This document shows, piece by piece, positions 43,101 to 51,904 of a stretch of DNA of 64,000 bases. A program made the translations under genes and the position numbers. The notes beneath the pieces were generated by a model that saw only the letters and a list, made by a program, of their open reading frames with translations, was not told the origin of the DNA and searched no databases. Location: assembly GCA_041493035.1 (NCBI GenBank), contig JBGPYB010000003.1, forward strand, positions 1,208 to 65,207, in the 5' to 3' direction. Position 1 is the stretch's first letter; every line of letters begins with the position of its first letter. Origin of the DNA: Vicinamibacteria bacterium (lineage in GTDB: Bacteria > Acidobacteriota > Vicinamibacteria > Fen-336).

Positions 43101-43167
43101 CGTCGAGCCGGCGCCGGACGCCGGAGAGGTCGACGCGGACGACAGGCACCCCGGGTTCGGCGCTCAT
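40132..43167 (-). CDS. actB: Alternative Complex III subunit ActB (molybdopterin-oxidoreductase-like domain fused to 4Fe-4S ferredoxin domain)
   Basis: Tat signal RREFLRVMGASLALAGLTAC. C-terminal CVGCNACVTAC, CMHCENAPCEVVCP, CVGTRYCSNNCP and CTYCVQR iron-sulfur cluster motifs. ATGA overlap with the actA stop. The track ORF 40132..43938 is over-extended into the actA region in another frame. Confidence 0.85.
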
Positions 43168-43814
43168 CGGTGGCACGTGGAGCAGGTGGTGCGCGGGTGG
43201 ATATTGTATTCCTTCACCAGATCTCGCCCCTTCTCCTCCTGGTCCGCCGGCGGCTCCCAGGCGATGTTGAAGACCTCGGTCTTGGGCCGCACGTAGCGCT
43301 GGGGGTGGCGGTGACAATCGAGGCACCACTCCATCTGAAGTGACTTCTCCTGCCAGACGAGAGGCATCTTGTCGACGCGGCCGTGGCAGGTGGAACACCC
43401 CACGCCCTTGTTCACGTGGGCACTGTGGTTGAAATAGACGAAGTCGGGGAGGTCGTGGACCTTCGTCCACTCGATGGACTTGTCGGTCTTGTAGCTCGCC
43501 CGCACGGGCTCGAGCGTCGGGCTCTGACTCCAGATCTGCGAGTGACAGTTCATGCAAGTCTGGGTAGGCGGGATCCCGGCGTAGGCCGCCTTGTCCACCG
43601 ACGTGTGGCAGTAGCGGCAGTCGACGCCCAGCCCGCCCACGTGATGGGCGTGGCTGAAAGGGACGGGCTGCGGGCGCGCCTCGTGGGCGCGAGTGACGTA
43701 GGAAGACCGATTGACCTCGAGGAGAAACCATAGCCCACCGACCGCGAGAAACAGCGCGCCGAAGACGCTGAATTTGGAGAGGCTGTTGGTGCTGTGGTGA
43801 AAAATTTGAGGCAT
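43164..43814 (-). CDS. actA: Alternative Complex III subunit ActA (pentaheme cytochrome c, membrane anchored)
   Basis: N-terminal TM helix. Five CxxCH motifs (CRYCH, CMNCH, CSTCH, CLDCH, CSTCH). Confidence 0.85.
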   Translation of the reverse strand: MPQIFHHSTNSLSKFSVFGALFLAVGGLWFLLEVNRSSYVTRAHEARPQPVPFSHAHHVGGLGVDCRYCHTSVDKAAYAGIPPTQTCMNCHSQIWSQSPTLEPVRASYKTDKSIEWTKVHDLPDFVYFNHSAHVNKGVGCSTCHGRVDKMPLVWQEKSLQMEWCLDCHRHPQRYVRPKTEVFNIAWEPPADQEEKGRDLVKEYNIHPRTTCSTCHR

Positions 43815-43878
43815 CTACATTAGCGTTCTGGCAGCGCGGCGATGGGCGACGCGAAGAATATCCCACGGGCTGGAGAGC

Positions 43879-43922
43879 CGTCAAATTCACCGGCCGCGCT
43901 CTCGGCGTTACCGAATTTGACG
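43879..43922. promoter_or_regulatory. 10-bp perfect inverted repeat CGTCAAATTC-N24-GAATTTGACG in the ACIII-caa3 / speE-like divergent intergenic region
   Basis: Seen directly in sequence at 43879-43888 and 43913-43922. Half-sites resemble CRP/FNR-family TTGA..TCAA geometry, but the spacing is unusually long. Confidence 0.3.
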
Positions 43923-43952
43923 CGCCGTCTTGGGCCAACGATCATGCGCTAA

Positions 43953-46637
43953 GTGAGACCAGTGCTCGCAAGCCCCGCGGTCACTGTGCCTGGGTTGGGA
44001 GCCACGCGCGCGTGGGTCACGGCGTTCTTCTTCTGCTCGGGCTCCATCGCCCTGATCTACGAGGTCGTCTGGACGCGCCAGATGGTCCTCCTCGTCGGGG
44101 CCTCGACACCCGCCGTCAGCACTGTCTTGGGCGTTTTCATGGCGGGCCTCGCCGTGGGCGGGCTCGTGTTCGGCGGCCTATCCGACCGCAGCGCGTCGCC
44201 GCTCAAACTCTACGGCCTCCTCGAGGCCGGCATCGGCACTTACGCGCTGGCGCTGCCTGCTCTCATCCACAGTGTCACTCCAGCCTACGTCCGCGCCGCC
44301 CATGCGCTCCATGGGGAGCCCGTCCTCCTTGGGCTCCTGCGGGTCGTCGCTGGCTTCGCTCTGCTGGGGCTGCCTGCCGCCTTGATGGGGGGCACCCTCC
44401 CAGCCCTGATGAGGGTCGTTGCGACGCGGCCGACCCGTCTCGGCGTCGATCTCGGCAGGCTCTATACGGCCAACCTGCTCGGAGGAGTCGCCGGCACGCT
44501 CGCCGCCGCCTTCGTCCTCATCGGCTCCCTGGGAATGCGCGGGACAGTGGTCCTTGCCGCCCTGGGAAACCTGACGATCGCGCTCGCCGCCCTGGTTTGG
44601 CCAGGGCCCAGAAGCTCAACCACGCAACCGATTGCCGTTTCGCCAGAGGAGACCACTCCGTCGACCGGCCTTCCGCCCGACCGGATTCTCCTGGTCACGA
44701 TCTTCTTGTCCGGCTTCCTGACGATGGGCTATGAGGTCCTCTGGACGCGGATCCTGGTGTTCTCGTTGCTCAGCACGGTCTACGCGTTCGCCGTCATCCT
44801 GGCCATCTTCCTCTCGGGCCTGATGCTCGGCAGCATGGCGTTTACTTTGGCCGAGAAACGGGGTCGCCTCGGCATCGAGACGTTGTGCGTAGTGCAAGTC
44901 GTCGCAGCGCTTTTCGCCTTGGGGCTCGCTCCTCTTGGCTCGCGGATCAAGGATGTTGTGGAGAGCCTTTCGCTCAGAGTGGGCTTCACCGGAGCGACCT
45001 TCGTTCTCGCGATGGCGGCCGGATCGGCGCTCCTCATGCTGATTCCGGCAACGCTCATGGGACTTGTCTTTCCCCTTGCTTCTCGCCTCCTGATCACGGA
45101 CGTCGCGCACTCGGGGACGGCGCTGGGCCGCGCGTATTGGGTCAACACGACTGGCGCCGTGGCCGGAGCGATCCTGACAGGCTTCGTCCTCATCCCCGCC
45201 TTGGGCCTGAAAGGGGGCCTCATGCTCCTGGCAGGAATGCAGGTCGTTGCCGGCTGGGCTCCCGTCCTGTGGAGCCGGCGCGGGCGGTCGCATCGGATGG
45301 CCTCGGCAGCCCTGGCAGCATCTGGCCTGGGCCTTCTCTTTGCCCTGGTCTCCCGCGCCCTTGCAGGGCCGAGCCCCTTCGACCGAACTCCCAGCGATCG
45401 CATGATCGCGCATCGCGAAGACGCCACCGCCTCGGTGTCAATCGTGGTATCCCCTTCGGGGGGGCGCAGCCTCCTCATTGACGGATTCGAAGCGGCCTCG
45501 GCCGACGACCGGTCGGGTTACATGGCGATGATGGGCCACTTGCCGGTGCTGCTCCACCCGAATCCCGAACGCGCCCTGGTGGTCTGCTTCGGCACCGGCA
45601 CAACCGCCGGAGCCGTGCTCGGCAATCCGGGTGTGAGCGTGGACATCGTCGACATCAACCGCACCGTCTTCGACTTTGCCGACCACTTCCGCGACTTCAA
45701 CCACGGTGCCGCCCACGACCCGCGCGCGCGCCTCGTGGTCGAGGATGGACGGAGCTTCCTCCTGACGTCGACCGAGAGTTACGACGTGATTACGTCAGAG
45801 CCGATGCCGCCCACTTTTGCCGGCGTTTCAAGCCTGTACTCTCGCGAGTACTACGCGCTGGCGCGGGCGCATCTACGGCCGGGAGGCTTCGTGGTCCAGT
45901 GGCTCCCCTTCCATCTCGTCACTCCGGTCCAGGCGTGGTCCATACTGCGATCGATCCAAGACGTCTTCCCTGAAACGACCCTCTGGATCCACAATGACAC
46001 CGGCATCGTCATCGCTCGCCGCGACGGGGCCGTGACGATCGACCTCCAGGGTCTTGCGAAACGATTCGCACCGGTCGCGAGCGAGATGGGTCGCTTCGGC
46101 GTGCCAAACGTCGACGCGCTTCTCGGGATGTACGCTCTCGGCCCGTCGGGTGTCGCTGCGCTGACCCGAGGTGTGGCGGCGGTGACCGATGATCGCCCAA
46201 GCCTCGAGTACCAGGGGCCACGCCACAGCTTGGCGCGCTCGTGGGGGATCTATTCGGAGGATCAGCTTCAGGCCCTGGTAACGGTCTACAGCCTTCGGCC
46301 GCTGGAGCCGGTGCCCTTGTTCGGCGCCTCCCCCGCCGACGCGGCGCTGCTCAGGACGCGCCGCATCACCGAAACTTACGCGCTGCTGGGCGACGTCTAC
46401 CTTGGCGCTGGCTCGACCAAGCGCGCCCGGGAAGAATACAACAAAGGCCTCGCGACGAGCCCGGAGCCTTTGCAGCGCGCGCAGTTTCTCTTCGCCCTCG
46501 CACAAGTAGCTCGAGACGAGGGCAACATCCCCGAAGCCCTGCGGTTCCTCGACCAGGTCCACGCCTTGGGCGTCGACGACACCGCCGCGGTGCGCCTTCG
46601 AGAGGCTCTGGTCTCGCGGGTACCGGGCTCGTCGTAG
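43953..46637 (+). CDS. fused polytopic membrane domain + spermidine-synthase-like aminopropyltransferase domain + C-terminal TPR-like region
   Basis: N-terminal ~470 aa has multiple TM helices (MFS-like). Middle domain ALVVCFGTGTTAGAVL...DIVDIN...YDVITSEP matches spermidine-synthase-fold methyltransferase. C-terminal helical repeats. Confidence 0.72.
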   Translation: MRPVLASPAVTVPGLGATRAWVTAFFFCSGSIALIYEVVWTRQMVLLVGASTPAVSTVLGVFMAGLAVGGLVFGGLSDRSASPLKLYGLLEAGIGTYALALPALIHSVTPAYVRAAHALHGEPVLLGLLRVVAGFALLGLPAALMGGTLPALMRVVATRPTRLGVDLGRLYTANLLGGVAGTLAAAFVLIGSLGMRGTVVLAALGNLTIALAALVWPGPRSSTTQPIAVSPEETTPSTGLPPDRILLVTIFLSGFLTMGYEVLWTRILVFSLLSTVYAFAVILAIFLSGLMLGSMAFTLAEKRGRLGIETLCVVQVVAALFALGLAPLGSRIKDVVESLSLRVGFTGATFVLAMAAGSALLMLIPATLMGLVFPLASRLLITDVAHSGTALGRAYWVNTTGAVAGAILTGFVLIPALGLKGGLMLLAGMQVVAGWAPVLWSRRGRSHRMASAALAASGLGLLFALVSRALAGPSPFDRTPSDRMIAHREDATASVSIVVSPSGGRSLLIDGFEAASADDRSGYMAMMGHLPVLLHPNPERALVVCFGTGTTAGAVLGNPGVSVDIVDINRTVFDFADHFRDFNHGAAHDPRARLVVEDGRSFLLTSTESYDVITSEPMPPTFAGVSSLYSREYYALARAHLRPGGFVVQWLPFHLVTPVQAWSILRSIQDVFPETTLWIHNDTGIVIARRDGAVTIDLQGLAKRFAPVASEMGRFGVPNVDALLGMYALGPSGVAALTRGVAAVTDDRPSLEYQGPRHSLARSWGIYSEDQLQALVTVYSLRPLEPVPLFGASPADAALLRTRRITETYALLGDVYLGAGSTKRAREEYNKGLATSPEPLQRAQFLFALAQVARDEGNIPEALRFLDQVHALGVDDTAAVRLREALVSRVPGSS

Positions 46638-46677
46638 CGCCCCCCTGAACGGTCATCTGACCCGGATTTCCTCCAGC

Positions 46678-48243
46678 TCAGGGGTGGAGCGGCAGGCTGA
46701 CGCGCCAGTCCTCCCGCTTCCAGCCTTTTCCCGAAGATTGCAGGCGCGCGATTCCCGGCCAGCCCGCGACCCAGACATCGCCGGTTCGGTCATCGAGCAG
46801 CATGTCGCGCATGTACTGGAGGTCGTGCAGGTCTATTGTCTCCACTCCGCTCATTGTCTTGAGCAGCAGCCCGACCCTGTAGTGCAAGAACCACACGCGC
46901 TCACGGGCGTTGTCGACCGCCACTGCGATGCCCTGCCCGTCCACTCCTTCCTCGCGGACGAAGCGTCCGGTCGCCTCGTCGAGGCGATAGAAGCCGTCCT
47001 TGAAGTCGGCCACCCAGAGCCGGCCTTCCGAATCCTCGATCAGGTTACCCGGGTCGCGACCCGGATAATCGGCGGACGCCACCTTGTACCGGCGCTGCGG
47101 ACCGACCGGCGCTTTGAGCGACTCCCTCCACAACAAGTCCCCGGACCGACGGAAGAAGGGGACGCGATCCCACGCCGTGCCCGTGACGAGGGCCGTCGGG
47201 AGAAAGCGGTCGGCCGCCGGGTCGTACTCCCAAGCGCTCGGCCCCCGCCAAACGAGCAGGCGGCCTCCGCTCCCCACGAGGGGGGTGTAGGCGTCGTCCG
47301 CGCCACCGGGATCCTGAAGGTAGGCCTTCCAAGCCTTACCGTCCCAGCGCACCACGCTGCCGTAGCAACCGGCCCATGCCGATTCCTGCCACACCACTAC
47401 CCGTGCGCAGATCCTCTGGTCTCGGCTTGCGATCGGACGGCGTCGGTCACGTCCCCAGACGACGACGCCAGCCTGGGTTCCAGCGACAATCGTGTCGCCC
47501 AATCGCGCCAGCGAATAGACCTGCTCGTGCTCGGCAGTCAGGGGCGCCGGAGCGCCCGCCTTAGGTGTGGTCATGGGCGCCTTGGCGCAGTCGCCCTTGT
47601 AGGCCTCCATATAGCCCTGGGCCGCAGCCAACGCGTTCGGGCGCAGGTTTCGCTTCTTTGGCGGAAAGCTGTCGAGTACCCCGTGGGTGACGATGTAGGC
47701 CGAACAAAACGAGTCGCCCATCGCGCGTTGCGCCTCCACCAGACTCCGCACGTAGTGGACGACGAAGTCGCCGGGAAGCGCCTGGGCAGCCTCGTCGAGA
47801 AGCAGGAAGGGTGACGCGCCCCAGAGATCAAGGCCGCCGGCCTTGAGCGGAGCGGGCTTCGAGTACGTTTCGAGCGCTCGCAGGTACCCGAGCACGAAGC
47901 GATCGGCGGCCGTGAGCTGAGCCAGCTTGAGATCGGCCGGGTCCACGCCCCGTGCTTGCGCGATCCCACGGACGAAAGCCAGTGCGTTCCCAGGCGTCTT
48001 CCACCCCAGAGCGTTCACGACCGCGGCCTTTTGGTCGGTGGGATGGTCGCCGACGAGAAACGCGAGCACATCTCCCTCGAGATGCCCCGCCTCGCGAGCC
48101 CTCCGCACCGCGGCCAGCTCTCCATAGGCCGTCGCCAGGTCGGTCGACGTCAGCGGCGAGTCAGCGCCGAGCTCCGACGACAACGCCACTGCGACAGCGC
48201 ACGCGAATACGCGGAACCCGGGCTTCTGACCGGCATGGCTCAT
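46678..48243 (-). CDS. secreted hypothetical protein with C-terminal beta-propeller-like (Reg_prop-type) repeats
   Basis: Signal peptide MSHAGQKPGFRVFACAVAVALSS. Repeated RLWVADFKDGFYRLD and DVWVAGWPGIARL motifs in the C-terminal half. N-terminal ~230 aa helical with no motif recognised. Confidence 0.5.
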   Translation of the reverse strand: MSHAGQKPGFRVFACAVAVALSSELGADSPLTSTDLATAYGELAAVRRAREAGHLEGDVLAFLVGDHPTDQKAAVVNALGWKTPGNALAFVRGIAQARGVDPADLKLAQLTAADRFVLGYLRALETYSKPAPLKAGGLDLWGASPFLLLDEAAQALPGDFVVHYVRSLVEAQRAMGDSFCSAYIVTHGVLDSFPPKKRNLRPNALAAAQGYMEAYKGDCAKAPMTTPKAGAPAPLTAEHEQVYSLARLGDTIVAGTQAGVVVWGRDRRRPIASRDQRICARVVVWQESAWAGCYGSVVRWDGKAWKAYLQDPGGADDAYTPLVGSGGRLLVWRGPSAWEYDPAADRFLPTALVTGTAWDRVPFFRRSGDLLWRESLKAPVGPQRRYKVASADYPGRDPGNLIEDSEGRLWVADFKDGFYRLDEATGRFVREEGVDGQGIAVAVDNARERVWFLHYRVGLLLKTMSGVETIDLHDLQYMRDMLLDDRTGDVWVAGWPGIARLQSSGKGWKREDWRVSLPLHP

Positions 48244-48248
48244 CTCAA

Positions 48249-48866
48249 TCAGGTCCCGTAGAGACGATCGCCGAAATCACCGAGGCCGGGGAGGATGTAC
48301 TTGCGGCCGTTCAGCTCGCGGTCGAGGGCGGCGGCGTGGATCGCAACCTCCGGCGCCATCCTCTCGACGTGCGCGACGCCCTCCGGCGCCGCGATTATCG
48401 ACAGCAGGCTCACGCGACGCACGCTTTGCCCGCGCAGCCGCTCGGCCGCCATCGCCGCCGACCCGCCCGTGGCCAGCATCGGATCCAGGATGAAGACGTC
48501 GGCGCCGCCCACATCGGGGACCTTCTCGTAGTACCGCCGCGCCACGGCCGTCTCCTCGTCGCGCTCGAGGCCCAGGTAACCAACCGACGTCTCGGGGACA
48601 ATTTCGAGGAACGCCGGCAACATCCCGAGCCCGGCGCGCAGGATGGGCACCGCCACGACCCGCGACGCAAGCCGCTTCACCGCGGCCGTCTCGAGAGGCG
48701 TCTCCACGGTGGCTTCGCGCAGCGCGAGTCCCCGAGTGGCGTCGGCAGCCAACAGGAGACCGACGCGATGCGCCAATCGCCGGAACTCTTCGGGCGCTGT
48801 CGCATTGTCGCGCAGCCGGGCGAGAACCTCTTCGGCGATCGGATGAGCGAGCAGATGGAGCGCCAT
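48249..48866 (-). CDS. upp: uracil phosphoribosyltransferase
   Basis: VAVPILRAGLGMLPAFLEIVPETSVGYLGLERDEETA...FILDPMLATGGSA. The conserved start MALHLL is chosen within the longer track ORF. Confidence 0.9.
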   Translation of the reverse strand: MALHLLAHPIAEEVLARLRDNATAPEEFRRLAHRVGLLLAADATRGLALREATVETPLETAAVKRLASRVVAVPILRAGLGMLPAFLEIVPETSVGYLGLERDEETAVARRYYEKVPDVGGADVFILDPMLATGGSAAMAAERLRGQSVRRVSLLSIIAAPEGVAHVERMAPEVAIHAAALDRELNGRKYILPGLGDFGDRLYGT

Positions 48867-48911
48867 CGGCGGTCGGAGGATACCACGCGCCGATGCTATA
48901 CTCGCCTCCGA

Positions 48912-49190
48912 ATGCGCTTGACCCCCGAAGAGATCCAATACATCTCCCGCAAGATCGTCAAGACCCTCGTCACCGAGGGGAAACTCGAGGTCGATTCCCA
49001 GCTTCGGGTCGAAGAGGCGATCGGCAAAGTGATCGCCGAGGAGCTCCAGATCGAAGACCGCTTGAACGACGAGGTGCGCGAGGTGCTCATGGAGCACACC
49101 TCGCAGATGGAGCGGTCGGACATCACCTACACCGAGATGTTCAAGAAGGTGAAGCGAGAGCTGGCGAAGAAGAAGGGGATCATCCTGTGA
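48912..49190 (+). CDS. DUF507 family protein (copy 1)
   Basis: MRLTPEEIQYISRKIVKTLVTEGKLEVDS...ITYTEMFKKVKRELAKKKGII. 92 aa. ATG at 48912. Confidence 0.6.
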   Translation: MRLTPEEIQYISRKIVKTLVTEGKLEVDSQLRVEEAIGKVIAEELQIEDRLNDEVREVLMEHTSQMERSDITYTEMFKKVKRELAKKKGIIL

Positions 49191-49471
49191 AGCTCTCCCG
49201 CGAGAAGGTCCTCCGCCTCTCCCACCTCATCCTCGACTACATCAACGAGGATGACGGCATCGAATACTTCGTCGAGACGCAGGAGTTGCGTCAGGAGATC
49301 CTGCGCCTGATCGAGGGCGAGATGAGGGCCGACGAGGCCATCGACGCCCTCGTCCGCCGCAAGATCGAGACCCAGAAGCGCACCATCGTCGAAGGCTCCG
49401 AAGAGTGGGACGTCCTCTACCGCAAGTACTACGAAGAAGAGACCGCCAAGCATCGGAAGGTGATGCTCTAG
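49187..49471 (+). CDS. DUF507 family protein (copy 2)
   Basis: VKLSREKVLRLSHLILDYINEDDGIEYFVETQELRQEI...GTG start overlapping the copy-1 stop (GTGA). Paralogous helical pattern to copy 1. Confidence 0.6.
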   Translation: MKLSREKVLRLSHLILDYINEDDGIEYFVETQELRQEILRLIEGEMRADEAIDALVRRKIETQKRTIVEGSEEWDVLYRKYYEEETAKHRKVML

Positions 49472-49488
49472 CGGGCCGCGAGGTCTCG

Positions 49489-49956
49489 TCAGCTCCGCTC
49501 GATCCGGAGGTTGTAGCAACCGGCCCTGGTGTTCCGTACGTGGATGTAGTCCACGTCCGCCCGCCCGAGGAGCTGAGCCAGGACGGGCTCGATCCGCCCG
49601 TCCGCCACGTACTCCTGGGCCCGCAACAACCGGCCTCGTCCGTAGGCGTTGAGCGTGAGCGCGCTGCCGCGAACATCGTCGGGGAAGCCGCCGCTCTCCG
49701 CGTAGCGCTGGCACGGAGCTTCGTGGATGAACACGGGGCCGGGCAACGGAAACGGGTCCGTCCCTTCGAAGGGATCGTAGGTAAAGAGGAGGCGGCGCTC
49801 TTCACCCACGACGAAGTTGCGGAGGCACTGCCGGCACGGTCCGCGTCCCGTGGCCACCTCGGCGTGGGCCGGGTGGCCGTACTGGGGCGACCGTCCCGTG
49901 GAGCGGACCGCTTCGGCAATCGCGTCGGGTATCGCGACGATCTGGTAGGGGGTCAT
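49489..49956 (-). CDS. DUF1203 family protein
   Basis: MTPYQIVAIPDAIAEAVRSTGRSPQYGHPAHAEVATGRGPCRQCLRNF...155 aa. The upstream extension to 50178 in the track is Arg/Ser-rich and not supported. Confidence 0.55.
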   Translation of the reverse strand: MTPYQIVAIPDAIAEAVRSTGRSPQYGHPAHAEVATGRGPCRQCLRNFVVGEERRLLFTYDPFEGTDPFPLPGPVFIHEAPCQRYAESGGFPDDVRGSALTLNAYGRGRLLRAQEYVADGRIEPVLAQLLGRADVDYIHVRNTRAGCYNLRIERS

Positions 49957-50104
49957 CGAGTCCTCCGTTCGCCCCCATCGTGGCGGATCTCCGGAAGGCT
50001 CGCTATCCGGTTCGCGACGCCGAATCAGCGCCCCGGGGTCGTAGCTCTCGATGTCGGCGGGGATCGATCCGATGGGACGAGCAGCGCCGCCACGAGCCAT
50101 CGCG

Positions 50105-51901
50105 TCACCTCCCCGAGGCCTCGACGACGAGGGGAGCCTCGAGGATGACGCTCTCGGGGGCCTGACATTCCGCACCATGGCAGCGCTGGAAGCGGACGGT
50201 GAGGCGCACGGCGGTCGGTCCCGGCGCGGCGTCGGAGCGCAGGCGGAGCGGCACGACGATCGCGGCGTCTCCCGCGCAGGTACGTTCCTGGGGGTACGTC
50301 ACAGCACCGACGGCGAAGCGGTCGCCGGGAACGCTGACGGTAAGCGGAATGAGATCACCGGCCAGAGGGCGATGGCCGTTGATGGTCCAGGGCGGGGCGA
50401 TGGCGAGATGCACCTGAGCGGTGACAGTCGCCCCGGAACGAACGTGGCCCTGCTCAAGAGATGCTTCGATGGTCACGGGCCCGCGAGTCTCACGGGCCGC
50501 ATGCGCCGGCTCGCTCGCGGCATTGGCCGGGACCGCGGTGAGAGGAACGGCCGCCGACGCCATCGTCTCCATCCCGCGGGGCGCACGCTGCAAGTCGCCG
50601 CGGAAGGTTTCGGCGCTGCCACGAGCGAGGTTCGCATAGCGTTTCTCTCCCGTGACTCTGGTGAGGCGCAAGAGCACCGTGGCCATCACGCCGTTCGCGG
50701 AGGGCCGATCGCCGTCGTAGCCGCTCTTCAGGCGCGCGGGGAGCGGAGCGTGGGCCGCATCCGTATCGAAGAACCCGCCCGCCGATGCGTCGAGGAAGCG
50801 GCCGATGGCTGCGTCGACGGCGCGGCGGGCCTCGTCTCGCCAACGAGCGTCGCGGGTGGCGTCGTGCAGGTCCAGCAACCCCTCGGCCAGGAAGGCGTAG
50901 TCCTCGAGAAACGCGCTGCTGCAGCCACCGGCGGATCCCGCGCAGCGGGCGAGAGCGGCCCAGGGACCGAGGGCCGCAATGATCGCGGAGGCCGCCCGCG
51001 CCGCTACGTCGCGGTCGCCGGCGCGCCCTAGCGCCGAGGACGAAGCCACGAGGGCACCGATCGCGAGCCCGTTCTCGAAGGCGAACACACGCGGGCTCTC
51101 GCCGTCCCGGATGAAGGCGCCGGCGGAATCGCGAGCGCTTTCTGCAAGTCGTGACGCAGCGGCGGATGCGGCTTCTCGAAGCGGCGCTGACCCCGTGGCA
51201 GCGAAGCCCTCGGCCAGAGAGCGGAGGCGCAGCGCCTGGCCGGCGACGTCCGTCGGCGCAGGCGACGCTGCAAGCAATGCGACACCTCGCGCCAAAGCAT
51301 TCCTGTTCTGGGCAGTCGGGGATCGCGAGAACTCGGCCAGGAGAAGGCGGAGGGCCCCCGGGGACGGTGCGCCGCTGGTTTCGTCCACACCCTTGAGAGC
51401 CCGTTCGACGACCGCGCGGCCCAGGGGTCCCTGCGGCGCTTCTGGCGTCTGAGCCGCGAGCAGACGCGCTGCGGCAACGCCGGCCCGCGTCTCGACCTCG
51501 GCCCGACGTTGCCTGTAGGCGTCAATGATCATCGCGAGGTGGGCCGCGAGGCCGGCGGACGTCGCGGTGGCGAGCGCTCCGGCGGACACAGGATGAAGCG
51601 CCGGCGTGAGCAGCATCCAGAGAGGCGTCATCGGTTGGGGAGGAGCGGCGTCGGAGGACAGGGTCAGAGCGAGACGTGCGACGTCGGCCAGGTCGGGGCG
51701 CTCGTCGCGATCGACCCGCACGGCCACGAAACCGTCGGCCAACACCGCCGCGACGGCATCGTCGCCCAGAAGTACTGGGTTCTCGCCGCGTGCGACGACC
51801 ACGAAGATCAATCGCTCGTCGTGGCGCGCGCGGTCGAGGGTTGCCGCGGACCACGGTTGCCAGTCGATCCCCGCCACGACGAGGAGTGCCAGCAGGCCCA
51901 T
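50105..51901 (-). CDS. DUF255/YyaL-like protein (thioredoxin-like N-domain lacking CxxC, six-hairpin glycosidase-like middle domain, C-terminal beta domain)
   Basis: IDWQPWSAATLDRARHDERLIFVVV...VAVRVDRDERPDLADV aligns to the DUF255 N-terminus, but the STCHWC redox motif is absent. Confidence 0.6.
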   Translation of the reverse strand: MGLLALLVVAGIDWQPWSAATLDRARHDERLIFVVVARGENPVLLGDDAVAAVLADGFVAVRVDRDERPDLADVARLALTLSSDAAPPQPMTPLWMLLTPALHPVSAGALATATSAGLAAHLAMIIDAYRQRRAEVETRAGVAAARLLAAQTPEAPQGPLGRAVVERALKGVDETSGAPSPGALRLLLAEFSRSPTAQNRNALARGVALLAASPAPTDVAGQALRLRSLAEGFAATGSAPLREAASAAASRLAESARDSAGAFIRDGESPRVFAFENGLAIGALVASSSALGRAGDRDVAARAASAIIAALGPWAALARCAGSAGGCSSAFLEDYAFLAEGLLDLHDATRDARWRDEARRAVDAAIGRFLDASAGGFFDTDAAHAPLPARLKSGYDGDRPSANGVMATVLLRLTRVTGEKRYANLARGSAETFRGDLQRAPRGMETMASAAVPLTAVPANAASEPAHAARETRGPVTIEASLEQGHVRSGATVTAQVHLAIAPPWTINGHRPLAGDLIPLTVSVPGDRFAVGAVTYPQERTCAGDAAIVVPLRLRSDAAPGPTAVRLTVRFQRCHGAECQAPESVILEAPLVVEASGR

Positions 51902-51904
51902 GGC

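Noticed and set aside
49489-50178. Full-length 229-aa version of the DUF1203 ORF
   Set aside because: The N-terminal 74 residues are Arg/Ser/Pro-rich and would overlap the DUF255-like gene 3' end by 74 nt. The conserved domain begins at MTPYQ (49956).
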